Assembly: GCA_030587475.2 (NCBI GenBank)
Contig: JAUQYZ020000179.1
Span: 1 to 22,191 of the forward strand
DNA: 22,191 nucleotides
Direction: 5' to 3'
DNA from: Candidatus Sigynarchaeum calidifontis
Lineage (GTDB): Archaea > Asgardarchaeota > Lokiarchaeia > Sigyniarchaeales > Sigyniarchaeaceae
Of the stretch, positions 15,569-22,191 are shown piece after piece; position 1 is the first letter of the stretch, and every line of letters begins with the position of its first letter. Under the pieces are notes generated by a model, which saw nothing but the letters and a program-made list of their open reading frames with translations, was not told the origin of the DNA and ran no database searches. The position numbers and the translations under genes are program-made.

Positions 15569-17269
15569 ATGGGAGAAATCACGGTCAACAAGGCCATCGT
15601 GGATATTCTCGTCGAAGCGGGAATCGATCACGCTTTCGGGATGCCCGGGGGCACGACAGACTTTCTTTGGGAAGAGATCTATCTCAGGCACCAAGAGATC
15701 AAGTGCATCATCACGCGCCACGAGGCCGCGGCTGCATGCATGGCCGACATGTACGGCCGGCTAACCAGGAAGCCCGGGGTCTTGATCGGGCAAGGCCCCT
15801 TTATCGGCACGAACGGATCCTTGGGCATCGCGGAAGCTATGTTTGCTGGATCCCCGATGCTGGTCATCGCCGAGTTATCGGATTGGTACGGCGTGAGCCA
15901 CCAGGCACCGTACCAGGTCGCCACGGGTGCCTACGGGAGCATCAACCTGCCGAACATAATGCGATCGATGACGAAATACACCGCGGTCGCGGACACGCCA
16001 GGCGAGGTGCCATACTGCATCGAGTTGGCAATCAAGCACGCCACATCGGGACGACCTGGCCCCGCCGCGGTGCTCATGCGCTGGAACACGCTGGGCGGCC
16101 GTGTGGATCTCGCAAAGGTCACGCCGAAATTGTACCCGATAGGGGGTTTTCTCCGCGTGTCCCCGCCCTCGATCAGCCACGAAGACGCCGTGAAGATAGC
16201 GGAGATGCTGGTGGCGGCGGAGCGACCCGTGATGATCATTGGCCGTGGCATCCACGCGGCGAACGCCTACGATGAGGTGCAGCGGCTAGCCGGACTCCTT
16301 GGCATGCCGGTCGCCACGACCTACATGGGCAAGGGAGGGATCCCGGAGACCCACGACCTGGCGCTCGGGAGCATCGGCACCCTCGGCCAGAAACTCGCGA
16401 ACCAGCACGTCGGGGCGGCGGACGTGATCCTCGCGGTCGGGACGTGCCTTGCGCCCGAGAACACGGACAACCTCAATCCCAAGCTGATAGATCCGGATCG
16501 CCAGAAACTCCTCCACGTCGACATCGACCCTCGCAATGCCGGCTGGACGCTGCCCGTGACCCTCGGCGTCACGTCGGATGCGAAACTCGCCCTGCAAGAG
16601 ATCGTGAAAGCCATCCAGGGCATGAAACTGCCGTTCGACGCCCACGAGCGCGTGGCAGCCCTTGCCAGGCAGAAAATAGACCCGGCTAGCAATTTCTTCC
16701 AGAGTCCCTATTTCGGAAAGGACAGAACGCCGATCGATCCCGAGCGCGTGGTGGAAGTCGTTAACAAGGCGATCGGGGACAATCTGCTCGTGCTCGAATC
16801 GGGAAATGCCCGGGCATGGTTCACCAAGCTGTTCCAAACGAGGCGGCCTGGGCAGATCGTCGCGGGCGGCGGGATGGGTGCAATGGGCTGGGGCGTCCAG
16901 GGAGCCCTGGCGGCGCAGATGCTCTTGCCCGACCAGAGGGTATTCTCGCTCATGGGGGACGGCGCGATGATGATGGCCCTGCACGCGCTGAACATGGCGA
17001 AGCAGTTCAGCCTCCCGATCATCTACCTCGTGATGAACAACGAGTGCATGGGGAACATCCGCGATTACCTGCGGCCCAAGTGTCGCCCCTATGCCGAAAC
17101 GCCCCGCGTCGACTTCGCCGCCACGGCGAAGGCGCTAGGAATCGAAGGGCTACGAGCGGACAGCGCCCAAGAATTGCGGATGGCAATCGAATCGGCACTC
17201 GCCAGCCCGCGCGCGTGCTTGATCGACATCAACACGTCCCAGGCGACGCACATGCGGATCAGGAGTTAG
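15569..17269 (+). CDS. Thiamine-diphosphate-dependent enzyme (acetolactate synthase-like family)
   Basis: FGMPGG, RHEAAAACMAD, AERPVMIIGRG, GAMGWG, ThDP motif GDG...NN; TTAAAT about 25 nt upstream suggests a leaderless transcript. Confidence 0.9.
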   Translation: MGEITVNKAIVDILVEAGIDHAFGMPGGTTDFLWEEIYLRHQEIKCIITRHEAAAACMADMYGRLTRKPGVLIGQGPFIGTNGSLGIAEAMFAGSPMLVIAELSDWYGVSHQAPYQVATGAYGSINLPNIMRSMTKYTAVADTPGEVPYCIELAIKHATSGRPGPAAVLMRWNTLGGRVDLAKVTPKLYPIGGFLRVSPPSISHEDAVKIAEMLVAAERPVMIIGRGIHAANAYDEVQRLAGLLGMPVATTYMGKGGIPETHDLALGSIGTLGQKLANQHVGAADVILAVGTCLAPENTDNLNPKLIDPDRQKLLHVDIDPRNAGWTLPVTLGVTSDAKLALQEIVKAIQGMKLPFDAHERVAALARQKIDPASNFFQSPYFGKDRTPIDPERVVEVVNKAIGDNLLVLESGNARAWFTKLFQTRRPGQIVAGGGMGAMGWGVQGALAAQMLLPDQRVFSLMGDGAMMMALHALNMAKQFSLPIIYLVMNNECMGNIRDYLRPKCRPYAETPRVDFAATAKALGIEGLRADSAQELRMAIESALASPRACLIDINTSQATHMRIRS

Positions 17270-17288
17270 GCATGGACGTTCTGGCCCT

Positions 17289-18638
17289 TCAATACAATGT
17301 AAAGTTGAAAGAATCGTCCCTGCATGGCATGTCCAGGCACGGGAAGCGTCCCCGTGCATTGCCCTTGCCCGGGTTAGCATAGATATAAATTTTCTCGCGC
17401 GTGTGAAGCAGCACGTCGCATCTCGGTTTTTCAGCGCGGGGCTTGACGATCGGGAGCACCGACACGAGCGGCTCGGCGTCGCCTGGCTTGTTAAACCAGT
17501 TCCCCGTGATATCCGGGTTGGCGCGGATGATTTCCCAGTCGGGCCCCAGGTCAAAGGATGCGACCCGATCCCCGCGCGTGTTCACGAGAGCGGCGGCGTT
17601 CCCCAGCACGATTTCGTTGGCGCCGTCCCCGTTCCAATCAACCATCCGGTGGTGGCGGCTGTAATCCATCGAGTATTCCCCGAGGATCGTGCCATCGATG
17701 TCGTAAAGGCGACCGCGATTATTTCCAAAATATGGTCTTGTCGTGATATCTACGTAAAGCCCGAGCTTTCCATCCGGCGAGATCGGGCCGAGGTCGATAC
17801 TCTCGTAATGGTGCCCGTCCGCGTGCTCCCACACGACGTTGCCTTCCCCGTCCACCATCGCCAAGGTATTCCCCCCGCAGTAGGTCAGCACCATCCGCAC
17901 GTCTGCCGGATTCCGTGCCGTTCGCACGACCCGCATCGAGTCCAGGTGTCCATTCGATGCCAGGTTATCCGAATTGAGTGCCCATAGCTCAGACCCATCA
18001 TGATCGAGCATCATGTTCCCCGCGAGTAGTTCATCCTTCCCGTCTCCATCGAGATCGAATGGTTCAGGGTGGTGGCATGTTTTGAAATCCATCCCGAGTG
18101 ATTTATTGCCAAGCTCCTTGCCACCGGGTGGCCATTCCCAGAGCATGTTCCACGTGTTCGTGAACGCCCAGATCTTGGTATAGCGGCTCTTGACGACGAT
18201 GTCTTGCGGCCGCTCTAGCCCCCGGAAATTCGCAAAGGTGATGCAATCGGCCACCTCCAGGCCACGCGGGAGGATCCATTTCGCTTTCTCCTCCCCGTCG
18301 TAGCCTCGCAACACCCTCAAGGTGCGTCCCGTGCTGAACAACACCTCGGGATGCCCGCATCCATCGATGTCGTATATTTGCAACGGGAGATCATAGCCGA
18401 TCTGGTAGTCGCCCGCGCCCGAGGCCCCCCAGGTCCAGAGCACGCTACCATCAAGCATCAGCGCAGCGATTGCAGTGACGTGCTGGGCGACGTTTCTCCC
18501 CGTCACGAGTTCGATCTCCCCGTCACCATCCAGGTCACCCGTTACGACCCAGGCACCTGCGAACTCGGGTGGCTTTTCGATGACTTTCCAGGGCTCTATC
18601 AAGGGCTCAAGTTGCCCCTTGATTTCCGTCTCGAACAA
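17289..18638 (-). CDS. FG-GAP-like repeat beta-propeller protein resembling PL11 rhamnogalacturonan lyases
   Basis: Repeated DxDGDG Ca-binding loops (GDLDGDGEIE, YDIDGCGHPE, FDLDGDGKDELLAG, DWNGDGANEI); probable TTG start at 18638 after GAGGAG/GGGGA. Activity uncertain. Confidence 0.65.
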   Translation of the reverse strand: MFETEIKGQLEPLIEPWKVIEKPPEFAGAWVVTGDLDGDGEIELVTGRNVAQHVTAIAALMLDGSVLWTWGASGAGDYQIGYDLPLQIYDIDGCGHPEVLFSTGRTLRVLRGYDGEEKAKWILPRGLEVADCITFANFRGLERPQDIVVKSRYTKIWAFTNTWNMLWEWPPGGKELGNKSLGMDFKTCHHPEPFDLDGDGKDELLAGNMMLDHDGSELWALNSDNLASNGHLDSMRVVRTARNPADVRMVLTYCGGNTLAMVDGEGNVVWEHADGHHYESIDLGPISPDGKLGLYVDITTRPYFGNNRGRLYDIDGTILGEYSMDYSRHHRMVDWNGDGANEIVLGNAAALVNTRGDRVASFDLGPDWEIIRANPDITGNWFNKPGDAEPLVSVLPIVKPRAEKPRCDVLLHTREKIYIYANPGKGNARGRFPCLDMPCRDDSFNFTLY

Positions 18639-18676
18639 TTCCCCGTTCAACTCCTCTTTTTCGTGTCGTGGCGCGT

Positions 18677-20326
18677 TTAAAAGTACATGTGCGGTCCGAA
18701 TTTCGGGTTTTTCTTGGCCAGCTCGATGGCCTCGTTGCTTGGATCCGCCTCCGCAAGCGTGGCGTGCTTGATCCCGAGCAGGTCCCAATATTCCAATGCG
18801 ATCGCCACGCGTTCCATGAAAAGGGCGTGGTTCTTCTTGTCCTTGGGGGTCCAGCACGTGTCCGCGATGGCGAAAGCTCTCGGGAAGGTGCAATACTCCA
18901 CCTGTGCCTTATTCTGGAAGACCTCGCCCCACATGGGTGCCTCCACGCCGATGATCCCCCCCTCGGCGGCCTTTTTTGCCGCCGCCTTGCTGATGGCCTT
19001 CAATGTCTCCGGGCCGAGCGGGTCATAATGGTACACTTTCTTCAAGGGCAGCGTCGAATACGCCATGTCCATGTACACGGAACTCGAGGGACTCATGAGC
19101 AACCTTCCACCGCGTTCCAGGAATCCGTTCACCTTTTCCAGCGTGCCGGTCCAGTATTGGCATATCACGTGCTCCTTTCGCTCGGCGAGGGTCTCGTCCG
19201 TGTGCTCGTTCCAGAGCATGGTTATCTTGCCAAGGCTTGCTAAATAATCAATTATCTCGGCCGTGAATGTTTTTTGTAGCTCCTCCTCCGTCTTGAGGCC
19301 AAGGGCGGCCATTCTTTCTTGACATCTCTCGCAGCACATCCATTGTGCCTTGGGCACCTCGTCGCCGCCGATGTGGACGATCGGGCCGGGAAACAAGCCA
19401 GCAACCTCCTTGAGGATGTCGTGAAGGAACTCGATGGCCTTCGGGTTACCCGCGCAGATGATGTTCGCGAACACGCCCCAGCTGCTGGCGACCTTGATGT
19501 CGGCACCGTCCAGATGGTGCCCGAATATATCCGCCCCTTGGGGAGGGAAGTCATCGGGGAGAACGCAGCGCATTTCCGGATAGCTCGCCAGCATTGCGGT
19601 CGCGTGCCCGGGCATCTCGATTTCCGGAACGACCACGATGTGCCGGTCGGCTGCATATTCTATTATTTCCTTGATCTGCGCTTGCGTGTAAAAGCCTCCG
19701 TGAGGGATGCCATCGCTGTTCTTCATGCCTTCTGGGGGGCGACCGTTCCGGTAGATGGGCGTGCCGTCGCGCCTGGAGCCGATCTCCGTCAATCTCGGGT
19801 ATTTCTTGATCTCGATGCGCCACCCCTGGTCCTCGGTCAAGTGCCAGTGGAACCGGTTTAGCTTCAAGAGCGCCATCCAATCGAGAACAGATTTCACGAC
19901 GTCCACGCCCAGGAAATATCTCCCCTCGTCAAGCATGTATCCGCGGTAAGGGAAGCGCGGGTAGTCAACGATCTCGCAGCAAGGGATGGCGGATCGAACG
20001 TGCTTGGTTTCATTCTCCTTCGAATCACCCTTGGGCATGAGCCAGCGAATGGTCTGGATGCCGTAGAAGCAGCCGGTCGTGGTGTTCGCATTTATCTCGA
20101 TACGATCCGGTTTAACCGTTAGTACATAGCCTTCAAATCCGATACGATCGATGGGCGCATTCTCGTCCGCGATCGACAAGAAGATGGAAAACCTGGCGAG
20201 GTCCGACGAGCAAGTGCTGAAATCTGCTGGAATGCTTCCGAGATAACTTGCAAGACCTGCTGGAACGGCGTAGACACCATCGCGCTCTTTCAATTCTACC
20301 GGATCGGGGAATATCGTGATCTTCAT
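18677..20326 (-). CDS. Beta-N-acetylhexosaminidase (GH20)
   Basis: DYPRFPYRGYMLDEGR, HWHLTEDQGWR, PEIEMPGH, catalytic HIGGDE, YMD, MWGE; no signal peptide. Confidence 0.93.
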   Translation of the reverse strand: MKITIFPDPVELKERDGVYAVPAGLASYLGSIPADFSTCSSDLARFSIFLSIADENAPIDRIGFEGYVLTVKPDRIEINANTTTGCFYGIQTIRWLMPKGDSKENETKHVRSAIPCCEIVDYPRFPYRGYMLDEGRYFLGVDVVKSVLDWMALLKLNRFHWHLTEDQGWRIEIKKYPRLTEIGSRRDGTPIYRNGRPPEGMKNSDGIPHGGFYTQAQIKEIIEYAADRHIVVVPEIEMPGHATAMLASYPEMRCVLPDDFPPQGADIFGHHLDGADIKVASSWGVFANIICAGNPKAIEFLHDILKEVAGLFPGPIVHIGGDEVPKAQWMCCERCQERMAALGLKTEEELQKTFTAEIIDYLASLGKITMLWNEHTDETLAERKEHVICQYWTGTLEKVNGFLERGGRLLMSPSSSVYMDMAYSTLPLKKVYHYDPLGPETLKAISKAAAKKAAEGGIIGVEAPMWGEVFQNKAQVEYCTFPRAFAIADTCWTPKDKKNHALFMERVAIALEYWDLLGIKHATLAEADPSNEAIELAKKNPKFGPHMYF

Positions 20327-20360
20327 TTAGAAAAGGCCTCGTCTTGTTGGGAAAGAAAAC

Positions 20361-20372
20361 TTGCACGTGCAA
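20361..20372. promoter_or_regulatory. Perfect 12-bp palindrome TTGCACGTGCAA, followed on the minus strand by a T-rich tract
   Basis: Located in the 60-bp gap between the GRE and GH20 genes; could be an operator or attenuator/terminator. Confidence 0.3.
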
Positions 20373-20386
20373 TATCGCGTTGGATT

Positions 20387-22191
20387 TCACGTCCTTTTAT
20401 GCTTCGTCCTTGCAATGATGTGCTCTTGCATGGCCTTGTCGAGCAAAACAAAGCGTTGGCTAAACCCTGACACGCGGACCATCAAGTTTGGATGGAGTTC
20501 GGGATGCTTCATGGCATCCATGAGCACGTCCTCGGTGATCACGTTGAACTGCGCTTGGGGGACGCCCTTGTCAAACGCTGCTTTCACGAGGGAGACCATC
20601 GCGTCAATGTTCTTGTCATCAAACAGGACAGGATCCACTTCGATTATTGCCGATGGCCCGCCCGCTGCCATGTGGTGTGGTAACTTTGATAGGCTGTTCA
20701 GCATGGCGGTCAACCCGTTCACGTCCCTGCCTTGATGCGGTGACAGCGAATATGCCAGGTTCTCGCGGGCCCGGCGCCCGTCGGCGGATGCGCCGGTTCG
20801 CCGGCCGTGGTCAACGAGCCAGAGAAACGTGAACGGCTGCGGGAGGAATCCGCCCTTGAAGATGCCACGATGTTCCTTCAAGCAATCACACGCGTGCTTC
20901 ATGACCTTGGCGGCCAGCAAGTCCACGGAATCCCGGTCGTTCCCATACTTGGCTGCCTTGTTGAGGCACGCGTTTCGCATCCATTCTCCCGATTCCATGT
21001 CGCCGCCTGCCGCCCAGTTCGCGCGGAGCTGGTCGACCAGTTCCTTCAACGTGAACTTTTTCTGGACGAAAACGAGCTCGCGGATGGCCTCGAGGGCATC
21101 CGCAACGTTCGGGATGCCGAAGAGCATGGTTTCGTGCCAGTTATAGAGCGCGCCCCCCTGGTTGAAGTCCCTGCCCGAGTCCAGGCATCCATCGGTCAAG
21201 AGACTCTTGTACGGCATTGGTTTGTGGAGCGCGTGGCGCAGCTCGAGGCGATTGCTTTCGGAACATGCCATGTCGATGAACCGGGATGCTTGAGCCTCGT
21301 AAGCTGCCATCAACGCATCGAACGACTTGAAACTCTCTACATCTCCCGTTTTCAAGCCGACGGGATCGGTGGGGTTGAGGCCGAACGCGAACGGTATCCC
21401 GTTGTTGAGTGCCAACTCGAGACATTTCAGCAAGTTCACCTGGTTGCTCACCGCGTGTGGATTGCACTTGCCCGGGATGGTGATCTCGACGCAGCCGATG
21501 GCACCGTAGTCCCGAGCATCTTCAAGGGCAACGCCGCTGTCCACCAGCGCGGGAATTAGGATATCATCGTTGAAAAAAAACGGGACGCCCATTCCCTTTT
21601 TCACGACCTCGAGCGCCCGTTTTAAAAATGGCTCGGGCGTTCCCTTGTGATACCGGACCGACAAGCACCGGATGAAAGCGAGGGCCTCGGTGGCGTCCAG
21701 CATCATGTAGGACAGCTCGTTCGTGCCATCCGAGCCGTCGGGCCGCAAGCCCCCGATCTGGGCCTGCTGGACGTCGTATTCTCGGTACAGCTTGAGCCAC
21801 AAGCTGCAAATGATCTCGAACGCCCCTTCCTTCGTGAGCTTGCCCGTCTCCATGTCATGCTTGTAATATGGATAGAGGATTTGGTCCAACCTTCCCAGCG
21901 AGTTCGCGTTGATGCCATCCTCCCACGTGTTGATGATGTGGGCGAACCAAAAAGCCTGCACGGCCTCGCGGAAGCTACGGGCGGGTTCTCGCGGGACACG
22001 CCTGCACGTGGCCGCGATCTCCCGGAGCTCCCGTTTACGTTCCTCGGACACGATAGACGCAGCCAGCTTCTCCGCTGCATCCGCGTACCGGTCCCCCATC
22101 GTGCAAGCGGCTTCCACGATTTCTCGGATGCAATTGATGAGGTGGCGCTTCAAGAAAGATGCGGGATCCCGCAACGACAGCGCCTTTTCAC
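20387..22191 (-). CDS. Glycyl radical enzyme (PFL2/glycerol-dehydratase-like), 5'-truncated by the window edge
   Basis: Single-Cys GCVE loop, C-terminal glycyl motif RVSGFS, SLGRLDQ, RVPREPARSFREAVQ; frame is open to 22191. Confidence 0.93.
   Translation of the reverse strand, partial: EKALSLRDPASFLKRHLINCIREIVEAACTMGDRYADAAEKLAASIVSEERKRELREIAATCRRVPREPARSFREAVQAFWFAHIINTWEDGINANSLGRLDQILYPYYKHDMETGKLTKEGAFEIICSLWLKLYREYDVQQAQIGGLRPDGSDGTNELSYMMLDATEALAFIRCLSVRYHKGTPEPFLKRALEVVKKGMGVPFFFNDDILIPALVDSGVALEDARDYGAIGCVEITIPGKCNPHAVSNQVNLLKCLELALNNGIPFAFGLNPTDPVGLKTGDVESFKSFDALMAAYEAQASRFIDMACSESNRLELRHALHKPMPYKSLLTDGCLDSGRDFNQGGALYNWHETMLFGIPNVADALEAIRELVFVQKKFTLKELVDQLRANWAAGGDMESGEWMRNACLNKAAKYGNDRDSVDLLAAKVMKHACDCLKEHRGIFKGGFLPQPFTFLWLVDHGRRTGASADGRRARENLAYSLSPHQGRDVNGLTAMLNSLSKLPHHMAAGGPSAIIEVDPVLFDDKNIDAMVSLVKAAFDKGVPQAQFNVITEDVLMDAMKHPELHPNLMVRVSGFSQRFVLLDKAMQEHIIARTKHKRT

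Noticed and set aside
8276-17269. Branched-chain amino acid biosynthesis operon (ilvD plus ilvB)
   Set aside because: The genes are 5.6 kb apart on opposite strands, there is no ilvC/ilvN/leu, and both enzymes have divergent motifs
15-22080. Numerous overlapping or antisense ORFs in the six-frame track (e.g. 239-676, 721-1323, 13166-13876, 14103-14822, 20807-21559)
   Set aside because: Shadow ORFs of GC-rich genes; no motifs, and each overlaps a well-supported CDS

Overview
Archaeal-type chromosomal region (TATA-like boxes, GGTGA Shine-Dalgarno sites, leaderless starts). The gene mix suggests an anaerobic, possibly Asgard/Lokiarchaeia-like organism, which is inference only. Left: a 3'-truncated Fe-S protein gene missed by the ORF track, then scpB and a canonical smc with no scpA. 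Middle (about 5.16-8.13 kb): an AT-richer islet with an AAA+ ATPase/PD-(D/E)XK-like protein and an AbrB/PIN (vapBC) toxin-antitoxin pair. The ATPase cassette is bracketed by a 226-bp diverged direct repeat of the smc 5' end plus upstream DNA, including a near-invariant 51-bp dyad-containing block, so the smc start looks like an integration or cassette-capture site. Right (8.3-22.2 kb): a putative sugar/sugar-acid catabolic cluster encoding an IlvD/Edd dehydratase, LarA-family racemase/epimerase, MBL hydrolase (probable ACG start), SDR, RraA/HMG-aldolase-like protein, AraM-type G1PDH, ThDP enzyme, PL11-like propeller, GH20 hexosaminidase and a 5'-truncated GCVE-type glycyl radical enzyme.
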